From: Peribolospora baueri
Taxonomy: Eukaryota
Assembly: GCA_029717555.1 (NCBI GenBank)
Contig: JAMDHS010000013.1
Span: 186,001-250,000 of the forward strand
Length of the DNA stretch: 64,000 nucleotides
Direction of reading: 5' to 3'
The notes below the pieces were generated by a model that was given only the letters and a program-made list of their open reading frames with translations, made no database searches and was not told where the DNA came from. Positions 11,112 to 23,447 of the stretch are shown here, in pieces (positions within the stretch are counted from its first letter, which is position 1; the number at the start of each line of letters is the position of its first letter). The position numbers and the translations under genes were made by a program.

Positions 11112-13011
11112 ATGGGACAGCTCTCGCCTTTGGAGCACGCCCTCGCTGGTGCCCTTGGAGGTGGGTTGTCACCGCAGGTCAATGGTCGTCAGGGATGAGA
11201 GAAGGGCTTTGAAGGTTATATATAGCTTAAATGAGGGCTATGCGACCTGGAGGGAGAGTAGTTCCATCCTTGTAGAGCATAGAGGCCGAGCGGTAGAGAC
11301 ACACGGGCCGGATTGGGCGGGGCAAGACTGCAGGACAGCCCAAGGAGCTGACACTTTCTACACCCTCTCCGCCAGGCGTGTTTTCGAACGCGGTCGTCTA
11401 TCCTCTCGACACGTGCGTATCTGCTGAGCGTAATCACTGCCTCTCGTAAAGATTCTCGCTGATAAGCGCCATTCGATCTCGCTTCACTCATAGCGTCAAG
11501 ACCCGCATCCAAGTCACCGAGGATGAGCGACAAATCACCGACTGCTCTTCTTCCTCAACGTCAGTGGCGGGCCATGAGGGAAAGAAAAAGGTCCTGGCGA
11601 ATGGCAAGAAGGCCACTTCGATCACCCAGGGTTTCCTCAAAATTCTCAGAAGTCAGGAGGGCTTCATGGGCCTTTATAGGGGCTTTGGGGCGAGCATGGT
11701 CAACACCTTTTCCACCCGTGAGTGGTTGTAGCGCATAGGAAAGATGACCACGTCTGTATTCATGTGTCTGTCTGTCTTACCGGGTAAACGTTGCTCAATC
11801 ATCCTTCCTTGACCCCCGTTCGCTTGCACCGCAGAGTTCGCTTATTTCTACTGGTACACCGTCGTCCGTGAGCTATGGATTCGCCGGCTCTCCCCTGTGG
11901 CTCGCCGCGGCGGTGCCGCCGCTTCGAAGCGCACGCTGGATACGGCCACCGAGCTTCTCCTCGGGGCCATGGCGGGTGCGCTCGCGCAGGTCTTCACTAT
12001 CCCCGTCAGCGTCATCGCGACTCGTCAACAGGTCGGCGGGGCCAGGGAGGACGAGGAGAAAGCGATGGGGACCAAGGACGAGAAGAAGCGAAAGCAGGAC
12101 GACGGGTTTTGGCAAGTCGCAAAGGACATCATGGCCGAGGATGGGCCGACGGGGTTCTGGAGAGGACTCAAGCCCAGCTTGGTCCTGACTGCGAACCCGG
12201 CCATCACGTACGGTGTTTTTGAGAGTGAGTGGACCGCGTATGTCGGACCGGCCACCTAGAAAGGAGGGCTCTGTGATTACAGGTGGGGCGGCTCGTCAAC
12301 TTTTCCCTTCTCGCCCTTTCGTCTGCGCCTCCTCGCCAGGGATCAAGGGCATCGTCCTAGGCGCCACCGGAGGAAGCATGGGTCCATACAAGAGCTTCCT
12401 CGTCGGTGCCACGTCCAAGACGCTGGCGACGGTCATCACGTTCCCTCTCATCCTGTGAGTCCGCAGGCCTGTTTCGCCGGCCCCCCTTCTCTCGCTCCTC
12501 AGTTTATCTTTCTAACAAAGCTCTGGCCGCTCGCCTTCTCTGCCCGACAACGCTCTCGCTTATTCATTTTTGGTTACAATCCTGACGGCACTCCAATAGG
12601 GCCAAGATCCGCACTCAGGCGCGCTCATCCAAGTCTGACCGACCGGCGCTCGAAGCGGCGGACGGTCGGGACAAGTCTCGCGCTCAGTCCAAGAGCTTTA
12701 TCGATATCCTCGTGCAGATCCATAAGGAGAAGGGCTTTAAGGGGTGGTATCAGGTGCGTGCGCGGCCGTCATTAGGGATGCTCTGTCTCGGGAATTGGCC
12801 CCCGCTTACATTCTCTTTAAACCTGCCTTTCCCTCTTCTATGACGACCACCTCTGCTACGACAACGGTAGGGAATGAACGCCCAGATCTACAAGGCCGTC
12901 CTTGCCCAGGCGCTGCTATTCATGATGAAAGACTTTTTCGAAAGGTGGGCCCTCGTCCTGCTCGCCCTCATCCGGCGGTACCAGGCAAAGGGCCGCGTCG
13001 CTGCCGTGTAG
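11112..13011 (+). CDS. ANT1: Peroxisomal adenine nucleotide transporter-like mitochondrial carrier (multi-exon)
   Basis: MGQLSPLEHALAGALGG, YPLDTVKTRIQ, FTIPVSVIATRQQ, GFWRGLKPSLVLTANPAITYG, SKTLATVITFPL and GWYQGMNAQIYKAVL. Three carrier repeats; stop TAG at 13009-13011. Confidence 0.88.
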
Positions 13012-13389
13012 TGTGGGTACTGGGAGGTTCAGCTGGCTGGCCGGCAAGCGCCCTTTTCCCCAGCGAAAGCATATACCGGCTTTCCTTTCTCATAGATATA
13101 CTCGCAGGCGTGCGCGCCCCTCTCCTTTCCCCTGCGCCTCCACAATTCCGTCGTTGCCAATGCTTCTTGTCCCTTGCTCGGATCATAGAATGCTCCGATC
13201 GCTGGTGTCCATACATTCGAGTCATGTAAAAGGAACCCGGGTGGAACCATGCATTATCCACAGAACGAGGATCGCCAAGAGGCCGGGGAGCTCCGCCACG
13301 AGAGCCATCATGAGGGATCCGCGACGCGCCTTCTTCCCGAGCCATGAAGGCGGCGGCGCAGCGTGCTTGTCACGGATGGTGCGTGATGA

Positions 13390-13552
13390 TGTCACAGATA
13401 GATGTGGTTGGAACCAAACAAGACTTGATTGAGAAGACTAGATACGATGATACTGGTGGTAGGCTTGATAGAATGAGAGATGAGAGAAGACTGAGTTTGG
13501 ACTGATGGGACTGATGATAGCCTTGATAGGACTGTGGTAGGACTGATAGAAG
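13390..13552 (-). repeat. LTR-like fragment (left)
   Basis: Its reverse complement shares the blocks TCAGTCCCATCAGTCC, AGTCTTCT-x-AATCAAGTCT, GGTTCCAACCAC and TGACA with 15433-15543. Confidence 0.65.
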
Positions 13553-13563
13553 ACTGATAGCTG

Positions 13564-14554
13564 TGGTGAACCTGATGCTGGTAGTTGTTCGGTGCCGGAG
13601 AGTTGCAGATATCCAGCAATGCCGTCTTCCGTCTTGAGATCTTGCTCGAAGGCGGGAAATGACGCTAGGCTGATACTGGAAATACTGGAAGCTGAAATGG
13701 AAGTGGGTGCAGTTCCATGAAGACAGCTCTGACAGCAGCGCTTGTCGAAGCTGGGTAACAATTTGGCGAAGTCGATGCAAGGGTTGTGCTTACGGAAAAA
13801 AAAGTAAGCCCAAGAACGACAGGATAACGAGAAAGCTTAGTAAAATGAAGCGGTTCAACTGGTTCATGGTTGGAGATAATAAGCGGAACAGATGCGAAAT
13901 GTGTGACGAGGCCGGAAGAGATGGGTCGACCTTCGATCACATTAAGTTGACGAGGCGTATCGAGCTCGGAAGTCGGAAGATTGAGTTGAGATGCGAAATC
14001 GAAGTCGATGAAGTCGTGAGAGAGGCACCTGTATCAATAAGAACTTGGACAGGAATCAAACGATCACAGAAACGGATATTGACACGGATAACGAAAAGAG
14101 AGCCGGATGATTCGATTTGTTGAACTGAAGAAAGCGTGAAAGGCGATGATGCAGATTACTGAATAGATGTGTCCTCAATGGGGTTTGGCGTTGGTGTCTT
14201 GTCGACGAAATTTGTTTTTCTTGGGATTGCCACAGTCGTTGACACTGTGTTTTCCGGCGCAATAAAAGCCAAGGTGTTCTCGCCGACGGCGGTCCCTCTC
14301 TGAAGCAGAAAGATGTGAGCCTTTAGGAGGGACAACAGGAACAGGCGAGGACCTACGAGCAGAATCAATATTCATAGGTACCGAACTGTCGGTAAACTTG
14401 CTCGTGGCTTGAGGACGATTGACGTTTTGAGGAGACCACACAACGGTTGCGGGGCTCTTGGAATTCCTTGATTCTTTCTTGGACTTGAAAATACCATCGT
14501 CTATAGAGATGCTCAAGGCGATCAATTCCTCCAAAGTAGTGGGACCTTTGCTGC
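13564..14554 (-). pseudogene. Retrotransposon gag C-terminus, aspartic protease and spacer (frameshifted)
   Basis: PTTLEELIALSISIDD, VPMNID, degenerate knuckle LGFYCAGKHSVNDC, protease VLIDTGAS (DTG at 14027-14035), PVVLGL and HNPCIDF...RCCQSCL. Confidence 0.85.
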
Positions 14555-14878
14555 CAGCTATCAGTATCTGTATCAGTCATCAAGAGCCCCTCGAACCAGA
14601 TCAAGACACTCCGGAGTATCAGGTAATTTTCAGGGATCTTGTCCCTGTTCAGTATCATAATTTTTTGGAAGTTTTTCTAAGACAGGGTAAACAAGCTCCC
14701 ACCACATCGCAGTTACGATCACAGCATCGACCTTATCGAGGGCGCTAAACCACCATTTGGTCGGTTGTACCCGTTACCAGGCCCAGAGTTGGACTTCTTG
14801 CAATCCTGGCTCCAGGAAAACCTAGCCAAGGGGTTTATCAGGCCATCACAGTCTCTGTTCGGTGCGCCCATCTTGTAA
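14555..14878 (+). pseudogene. Retrotransposon pol fragment: N-terminal part of the reverse transcriptase region, opposite strand to gag/protease
   Basis: VPVQYHNFLEVF, then after a frameshift KLPPHRSYDHSIDLIEGAKPPFGRLYPL...WLQENLAKGFIRPSQSLFGAPIL*, a typical Ty3/Gypsy RT lead-in. Confidence 0.88.
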
Positions 14879-14890
14879 GTAGACGTACGC

Positions 14891-15381
14891 TTGGCACAAT
14901 CAGCTCAATGTTCCAATACAAGACCGCTCCATAAACTGCTGCTTGAGGAGATTCCAACTCGAAGCCAGCGGCTTTGGAACATTGAGCTGATTGCGCCAAG
15001 CGTACGTCCACTTGCTCGCGTTGCCTTCAAGGCAGGCGACTGTGAACTTGATCTTTGTGTCATCGTCATAATTGAAAAAAAAAAAAAAGAAAAAAAGGGT
15101 ACGAATCCTCACAACTATTAAATAAATTCCTCTGCCTGATCTTGTCTCCGTTCACGGCCATCAAAGCGCTTGGGCTGCTGAGGACGAGGGTGTTCACTGG
15201 CCATAGGGACTTGCTGAATAATTGTTGGGACAGAGACAGTGCGAGCAACCTGATCGGCTGCCTCTGCAACAACTTGACGCAATTGCTGGGCGTTGGTGAT
15301 CTTACCCAGGTTGGTTTGGCTAAGTTGTTCGGTGATGCGGTTGAAAGCATCGTTCGTGGTATTAGCGTGGTGCTGGGACAT
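14891..15381 (-). pseudogene. Retrotransposon gag N-terminus, frameshifted around a poly-T tract
   Basis: ATG at 15381, PQQPKRFDG, DDTKIKFTVACLEGNASKW...WNLLKQQFMER (retrotransposon gag pattern). Confidence 0.8.
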
Positions 15382-15432
15382 GGTGGCAAATAACTGGAAT
15401 TGGTTCGAACCACGTTTGTTGAGCGGTGATAA

Positions 15433-15543
15433 TGTCACGAATGGTAGCGGTGATCCAGTCTTCTCAGTCCCATCAGTCCTCTATCACAGTATATCAGTCT
15501 TCTGAATCAAGTCTCATTGGGTTCCAACCACGCACATCTGACA
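15433..15543 (+). repeat. Short (111 bp) LTR-like unit with TGTCA...TGACA termini
   Basis: 5-bp terminal inverted repeats, homology to 13390-13552 in inverted orientation, and it abuts the gag leader. Confidence 0.7.
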
Positions 15544-15877
15544 TCTGCTCCTTTGCCTTTGGCCGGCCGAGCTTGGGCAAGGCCCTCAGCGATCCTCCAT
15601 GACGACACTTGGCAAGCAGTGGGAAGTCCGCGAACATGATGGCTGCTGCCGGCTCGAGCTTGCGGCCAAGTCGCCGTGCTCGTTGGTCTTCCAGCTGCCT
15701 TCTCTTCCCCCCGTGTTCATTTTCACGCCCACCGCCTCGCCGGCTTCGGGGATGGCCGGGTGTAGGCGATCTTATCGATCTTACCCCGCACTCTTCCTGT
15801 GATCTCTGGCGGACGGCTTGCGAATGCTCGATCAAATGCTCGACGACCCGGTCCACGTAGCCTATCGAGCACACAAC

Positions 15878-17316
15878 ATGGCCGTTGTCAAGGAGAGGCA
15901 GATACGAATTGGCACCTTCAACGTGTGAGCCGCACCATTTTTCACGCAAGGGAAGCGCTCCGCCGGCGGGCGAGAGGCTGACCGGGGAGTCTGTCGCACA
16001 CCGCTTGACCCACGACGGTAGCCGGTACGACGGCCGCTCCTCCCACCCGGTTCCCATTCCCGCACCTACCTCCCATCCCACCGCCTCCCCTTTTCCCCCG
16101 AACGGCCAAAAATACATTTGGGGCGAGCAACCGTGGAGCGTGCGACGGCATAAGGTCGCCGACACGGTTCTCTTCCACGAATGGGATCTGTTCGCGTTCC
16201 AGGAGGTATTGGCGAATCAGCTCGACGATCTCTCCATCCTCCTTGGTAAGGACGAGTTTAGACATGTCGGAGTGGGGAGAGAGGATGGCGTGAAGAAGGG
16301 CGAGGCCGTCCCGATCTTCTGGAGGAAAGAGTTGTTTGAAGCGGTCCCAGAGAGTCGAGGTGGGACGGGTGTGAACGGCGTGACGCATTTCTGGCTCAGT
16401 GAGACGCCAGAGGTGGTGGGCAGCGTGGGCTGGGACGCGGGGCAGACGAGGATGTGCACCCATCTTGCTTTGCGATGGAGAGAGGCGGAGGCAAAAGAGG
16501 ATGGCGAGGCAAGGAGCGGAGGCCAATCGGGTCAGATCGTACACGTCTTCAGCACGCACTACGACGAGAAAGGTGCCAGGAGCCGCGAAGGAGCGAGCGC
16601 GTTGATTCGAAAGAGAACCAGTGATGCTGTCAGGAAGACAAAGGAGGTCCAAGGCGGACGAGGCCAGGAGCCTCTCGTGCTGCTCTTGGGCGATCTGAAC
16701 AGTCCTAGGAGTCAGGGAGGGTGGAAGGTGAGTGGATCTGTGTCGCCGTTGGTATCGTCGAAAGACACCACTGTCGTGCTGCGTCTGTTCACTCCTCTGC
16801 TGTCTCTCGTCGCATCTCCAGGTGCTCACAGCAGGTCGCTACGACACACCTCGCGCCAACTCGATCGCTGATGCCGAAGGAAAGCTCGCCTTCCTCGACT
16901 CGGCGCTCGAACTTGTCGCCCGCTTCGCCTCGCCGGAATCGCTCGCCGCCGTTTCGTCCCTGCCCGCCACATTCGATTCTCTCTCCCTCAACAGCCCGAA
17001 CAAAAATCCAAGAGGGGGAATCCTCTCCGCTCCCTGGGGCGCGCGGCGCACCTACACGGGCTTCAGTCGCGTAGAATACGAGGGATCAGATGGTCAGAGA
17101 CCCGAGGATGCTGTGATCGACTACATCTTATTGGGAGATAATAGGGCCGTGCGGGAGAAGGAGAGACGGTACGACGGCGCGACTGCGGATGGGGACGAGG
17201 GGGCGAAGTGGAGGGTTACCCGATTCGGCGTGCTGGACAACTGGTCCGACGGAGGAGATGGCGGCTGGTTGGTCAGCGATCATAGGGCGGTCATGGCCGT
17301 CCTGGAGATGTCTTGA
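15878..17316 (+). CDS. Endonuclease/exonuclease/phosphatase (EEP) family protein (3 exons)
   Basis: Splicing joins IGTFNV|RYDG. Motifs FQEVL, GVGREDG...GEAVPIFW, FWLSETP, STHYD, LLGDLN, IDYILL and SDHRAV. Confidence 0.9.
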
Positions 17317-17855
17317 CGCTCTCATCATGTCGCTCACGTCTCAGCCCCGAGGCGCTCCGATAGTACAAGATGGACGGGGCTTTCTCTGTCTTCGGCCTTG
17401 CCGACTGTATATAGATTAAAGGTGTGGAGGTGGAAACCGTTGCCTTTCCGCTCACGCGAGTCAGCTTTCCGCGCTCTTAGCACGTCCAACCATGTAGGTG
17501 ACCCTGTTCGTCTTCTCCGGACCAGCAAACACCATTCCCTCTGCTCGTCTTCATCTCGCGTCCGTAGCACCCTTCCACGGCATCTCGTCGTCCCCGCCGC
17601 GATGGGTACCACATAATCAAGGTTGGTATCGCATGGCCAGTGGACCTGCTATCACAGTTCGTCATCAGCCTCCCCTTTGACCGAGCTTGGAGGGCCTAGC
17701 GACCTCGTACCGGTGTCGAAACAGTCCGATGTGCATGTTCGCCAACTTTCTTTCAGGCCTGCTTCTCAAACGGCCTTGTCTCCCATTCCAACTGTCTCTC
17801 GCTTGTCCATTCATCGACAGATCGCCAAGGAGAAGTCCACCTAACTTGAGCCGAA

Positions 17856-19395
17856 TCAACTTGTCCTCCTACCGTCCCCGTCCTCGTCCCCGCTCCCCTC
17901 TTCCTTCATCTCCTCCCCTTCTCTTCCAACGACCTCCTCTTCCACTCTACCTTCCCCGCCCTGGTCGCTATTCCCTTTCTTCTCCCCTCCGCCCGCATGA
18001 AACTTGCGGCTCGGGATGCCGACCTGGAGCGCCCTGCTCCAGTCGCGCTCCCGCACCCACGCGAGCAGGATGTCGAACACTTGGTTCACCGTCAGCACCT
18101 TGCGCGACGGCAAGTGCCGCGAGAGCGTCTCCGCCGAGATTGGCAACCTGGCCGTCCGCAGCCCGTGTTCCCTCGCCCGATTCAAGCACAGGTTCTGTCC
18201 CGGCGTCAGCATGGGTGTATTCGTGGGTTAAACGGACGTGGAGTGGAGTGAGTGAAATCTAGGCGCGGCACGGCCTGATGCGAGATTGAGTGACGTGCCA
18301 TCCGACCCACCTTGTACCGATTGCGATCCACGATGCCTCCGAGGACGTACGTGTGGCCCTCCTCGAGCTGCTCGACCGTGTCCTCCGAGTCGGCCGTGAG
18401 GTAGATGACTTTCTCCTTGTCCAGAGGAAGAGGCAAAGATCTGGGGGCTGGTCGACTCTTCGATGGCCCAGACTTGCCGCTAGGGTTTGGTTCACAGATC
18501 TCGGCAGCTTGGGCTTGAGCACCGCCATCAGACGTCTCATCCTCCATTCGATCGCCTTCCCCGCGCCCCACGTCCTCTGGTCGATCTGTGTTAGCCGCTG
18601 GCGTATCGGCGACAACGTTCGTCTCGTCGTCGCCGTTTTCTGCATTGCTCACCGCGTTCTCCGTCCCTTCCCTCGGCATCCACAACGTCTCCAGGCCTCT
18701 TCCATCCTCGCCATCGACGATATGTACCCTCCGCCACGACCGGGCCGTACCATGGAGGTTGTCGAACCTCGTCTTCAGTCGGCCGTTGAGAGGGGCAAAA
18801 ATAAGTGAGGCAAAAGGGTTTGTGGACGAGCGGTTGGACGAGTACGTGTAGGCTAGTTGAGAGGACATGGACACAATTTCCTAAGACGAGAAAAATGCAG
18901 CGACAGACGGAAAGGTGAGCTCGTCTCCGGTGACACGCCGTCTCGCCATCGTTTTAATCCTCGTCTTCCTCTTCAAGTAGGATAAGTAGGAAAGCCCGCG
19001 CTCACCTTGTCGGTCATGAGCTCATCAAAGCTCAGGTCGACCACGATCTTGGCGCCGAACTCATGCACGTCCTCCTTCCTCGGCCGCTTCTTGCGCTTCA
19101 TCTCCTCTTCCTCCTCGCGGCTGATCAGCCCGGCTTCGATCGCCTTGCGCTTTTCCGCCTTCTTCGCCTTCTTCGCCTCCTTCTCGCGAGCCCGGCGCGC
19201 AAGCTTCTTCGCATGCAACAATCCCTGCTTCGCCAGACGCTTTTGCGCCTTTTTTGACAGTGCCGGCCGCTCCGTCTCCGTCGTCGTCTCCGTCGTCGCC
19301 GCCGCCACAGCGGAAGAAGGGCCCGCCTCGACCATGGGCTGCCGCCCTGGATCGGCGCCTTGATCAGACGGGGCGGTCGGGGGGAGCGCTGTCAT
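17856..19395 (-). CDS. TRM10: tRNA (guanine-9-N1)-methyltransferase (3 exons)
   Basis: Basic N-terminus (LSKKAQKR), IVVDLSFDELM, IYLTADS, YVLGGIVDRNRYK, TARLPI and RKVLTVNQV. Confidence 0.93.
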
Positions 19396-20081
19396 CGCAG
19401 GAGGAGGGGTTATGGAAGGAGGGCGACTTGACAGCCAGCCAGCCGGTCCATCGGCGGGACGGAAGAAGGGAGAAGGACAATCTGACCAGAATTTCGCCCA
19501 GCTTGCACGTGACTGGATGACCAGCCGGTCCGGTATCCCATCCTTGGTTACTGACGGTCGGTCAGGACAAGGTCGTCTGGCGGATGTCTTGCATTCCGCC
19601 GCTCTGGCCGGGGAAAATGGAAGAGGGTGTTGCACGACATCTGGGAGAGCGTGAGATGGAAGCCGGCCTTGTTCTTTCTTCGTTCTTCTTCTCCGTTCGC
19701 TTTTCCCACCAGTCGTATGGCCGGGCCTCAGCGGGGACTCCAGCCGTCCCGCTTGCTCACCGTCGACCACGCCCGACAGATTCCGGCCGCTCCCGCTTGG
19801 AAGCAGATTCGGGGCCCCCCGGGTCGGAGGGGCGACCGGCTCTATGCTGCTGCGGCAGAGTCTCCCCGCAATGCTCGTTCCGATCACCGATCGAACATGG
19901 TTGGAGCATCGGAGCGGGCTGGATGAGATGAGATGGATGAGGATGGAGACAGACGGGTGGGAGAGGAAGAAGGGTCATAAAAGGGTCTTTCCACCACCTC
20001 CGCCGCCCCCCCGCTCACTCTTCGCCTCCCTTATTCTGATTATAGATAGAGACGGCTGGCATTCCCTTCTCTCCTGCCATC

Positions 20082-23000
20082 ATGCCTCCAGCACCGTCCT
20101 CAGCGACCGCCGACTCCACCACCGCCTCCCGTCCATCCGCCGCCCCTAACGCACAGGCAGTCGCTCTCGCCACGAAGGGGCTCATGTCCGGCGCCGGGGC
20201 AGGCGGGGAGGTCGCGCCGGGGCGCACGTTCATGTATCAGCGCGATCTGCCCAAGCTACCCATTCCCGAGTTGGAGGACACGACGAGAAGGTATTTGAGG
20301 GCCTTGGAGGTTTTGCAGTCCAAGGAGGAGCGGGAAGCGACCAAGAAAGCCGTCGAGGACTTTCTTCTCGTACGTAAACTCCTATCTTCCTCCTCCCCTT
20401 TTTTCAACCGCCCTTTCTTCGCGCTCAGACCTTCCTTCTCTCACTTACACCTCTCCGATTGAATCGACAACGTCGTAAAGAATGACGGCCCTCGTCTACA
20501 AGCCAAGCTGAAAGAGTATGCCAAAGACAGGGCGTCGTACATAGAAGCGTTTTGGGACGAGAGCTACCTCAGCCAGAGCAACAGCGTCGTGCTCAACTTG
20601 AACCCTTTCTTCATCCTCGAGTGCGTCTTCCGCATTCTGTCCGCGCTCTTTCTTCTCGTGTCCCCTTTCACACTCTCTCTCACGCTGCTTTGCATCTCCT
20701 TTGCTCGCGCCTACACCCACAGAGACGACCCTACTCCCTCCCGCGGCTCCCAGCTCATGCGCGCAGCCTCGCTCACCCTGTCCAGCCTTAGCTTCATCCA
20801 CGATCTCCGGACTGGAGAGCTCGAGCCAGATGTCGTCAGGGGAAGTGAGTGTCTTCTTTCGAGAACCTTTTCTCATACCATCACGCGCCCGTTCCTTTCT
20901 CCAGCCCTCTTCTCAACTCACCCTTTGCCCACCCCCCCCACCGCCTTTCAGCTCCGCTCGACATGTATCAGTTCACTCGCCTCTTCGGAACCGCTCGCAT
21001 CCCGACGCCTACTGGATGCAGAATGGCGATGGAGCCGGAGAGCAGGCACGTCGTCATTCTCCGACGTGGACAGTTCTACTGGTGCGTCCGTCGTCGTCGC
21101 TCGCTGCTGCCGCTATGGACGTCGCTGACATCATTCGTCTCCCCAACAGGTTCGACGCCCTAGACGAACACCACCGCCCGGCTCTAACCGAGCGAGAGCT
21201 TCTCCTGAACTTCCAAGCGATCATGTCCGACGCCGACGCCGTGCCTCGCACAGAGGTGGCAAAATCGTCCGTCGGCGTGCTATCGACAGAGAACCGAAAA
21301 GTGTGGTCCGCCCTGCGGGACGTGCTTCGAAAGAACAGCAACAACCGCAAGTGCCTCGACGTCGTCGACACTGCGCTCTTTGTCGTCTGTCTCGACGATA
21401 GCGAGCCCATGAGTCCCTCTGAGCTTTGCAACAACATGCTCTGCGGGACTTATGCCCTCCGTGACGGTGAGCCGACCCGTTGTCTAAAGGCAGCAACGCT
21501 GGCCCATCCGTTCTGACGTCGTAGTATTTGTGAAATACAGGCGTACAAGTTGGAACTTGCACGAATAGGTGGTATGACAAGCTGCAGATCATCGTCTGTT
21601 GTGAGTGTCGTGCTCATCCCATTTACTTGCGCCGATAATTTTCTTCTCCCACTGACATTACCGACGCTCCTTAATTAACCGTACCGGGCAGCCAACGGCG
21701 AGGCCGGCATCAACTTTGAGCACACAGGCGTCGATGGCCACACGGTCCTCCGCTTCGCGGCAGACGTGTACACGGAGCTCGTGCTTCGGTTCGCAAAGTC
21801 CATCAACTCGTCGACGCAGTCCCTCTTCAAGGCCAAAATCTCCCCACACGCCAAGGGCGGCAGGGGTAAGAACACGGCGAACGGTGCAGCGGAGAACGGA
21901 GGGGAAGATTGGGAAATCGAAACAACGCCAAAGAAGTTGGAGTGGACCTTGACGGGAGATCTGAAGACCGGGATCAGGTTCGCCGAATCGAGGCTGTCCG
22001 ATCTGTGAGTGTCCGTCGTCGCCGGTCCAACCATTCGGATCGTCGTCGCGTCCGCTCACCCGTTTGCGCCTTTCACCAGGATCTGCCAAAACGAATGCGA
22101 GGTGCTAGAGTTCTGCAATTACGGCAAGAACTTTATCACCCGACACAAGTTCTCTCCCGACGCTTATGTCCAGATGGCCTTCCAGGCCGCCTACTTCAGC
22201 CTGTATGGCAGAATGGAGAGTACGTACGAGCCCGCCATGACCAAGGCGTTCTTGCACGGACGAACGGAGGCGATCAGAACGGCACAGCCTGAGGCAGCCG
22301 AATTTGTAAGAGTGAGTCATCCCGTCTGCACTGTGAGCTGATTGGATCAGGTCGGTCGTTCGGCGAAGCTGAACGTCCCTCGCGTTCTTTGCACCTCGAA
22401 GATCTACTGCTCCGATGCTCCGGTGGAGGACAAGATCAAAGCGCTCCGCAATGCTGTCCAGGCACACGTCAAGCTCACCAAAGAATGCTCGCAGGGCCAA
22501 GCTCAAGACAGGTGGGTCCGTCGGTTGCCGTTACAGGACCCGCCATTTCTCGTTCCCGCGCTGACGGACATATGATCGTCCTGCACAGACATCTCTACGC
22601 AATGTACTGCCTGCACCAGAAAGAGCAAGAGCAGAACGGCACCGAAGAGCACCTGCCGGCCATCTTCCGCGACGCCGGATATGCGCTCCTCAACCACACC
22701 GTGCTGAGCACGAGCAACTGTGGCAATCCCGCGCTGCGCTTGTTCGGCTTCGGCCCGGTCGTTCCGGATGGCTTCGGGATCGGGTACATCATTAAAGTGA
22801 GTCGGCGCCGGTGGCGGGCGAGGGGATGACGTGCGTTCGAGGAGGCGTCTTGCTGATCAAGCGACCTGGGTACCATTTCGACCGGGTTGCCGTCGTTCGT
22901 TCGCAGGACGACGAAATCTCGATTTGCGCCTCGTCCAAGCACCTCCAAACCAAGCGCTTCCTCGACACGCTCCAATCGTACCTCCAGTCGATGCAGCGCA

Positions 23001-23447
23001 TGCTCATCGCCTCGTACGCCGCCGCCAACGCCCGTCCGGCGGCGACGTTTGTGGACCACTCGGGCGTGGAGGTGGACGCTCGGACGGGGAGGCCTGTGGG
23101 TTCGCGACCGTTGTACATCAACCTGACCGATGACGGGAAGGGGTACGAGGATGTGAGCCCGCTCGCGACGGCGTCCCTCGACGGCATCAGCGGGTACGGC
23201 TTTTTCGACGCGGGAGAGATGGACGTGCTGAACAGGGAAAGGAACGAGAGCAGGCGCAAGGCCGTCGTCGGTGAGTAGGGGGAACGGCGCGCCGCGCCGG
23301 TCAGGCGGGGAGGGACGACGCAACGGAGGGAAACCGTCGTGACCCGCGCATCCTGGACTGACTCGATGATATTTATCCCCTCGATACCCATTCTATCTCT
23401 CGCCCCCATCCCGAACAGGTCGGACGCTCCACCTGAAAGAATACTGA
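20082..23447 (+). CDS. YAT1: Carnitine O-acetyltransferase, YAT1/FacC type (multi-exon)
   Basis: [20 protein letters not shown], catalytic [31 protein letters not shown] and [14 protein letters not shown] last intron after VVG gives the C-terminus GRTLHLKEY* (TGA 23445-23447). Confidence 0.92.

Larger units (their letters stand above)
13390..15543. mobile_element. Degenerate, rearranged Ty3/Gypsy (chromovirus, Tf1/sushi-like) LTR retrotransposon relic
   Basis: Visibly more AT-rich than the flanks, with TGTCA...TGACA outer ends. Contains gag, degenerate zinc knuckle, protease and N-terminal RT fragments with frameshifts. No RT YxDD, RNase H or integrase seen. Confidence 0.9.

Noticed and set aside
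13564..13734. TGACA at 13730-13734 as the end of a 345-bp left LTR
   Set aside because: This stretch encodes the post-protease pol spacer (FDKRCCQSCL), so the TGACA is probably coincidental. No TSD supports it.
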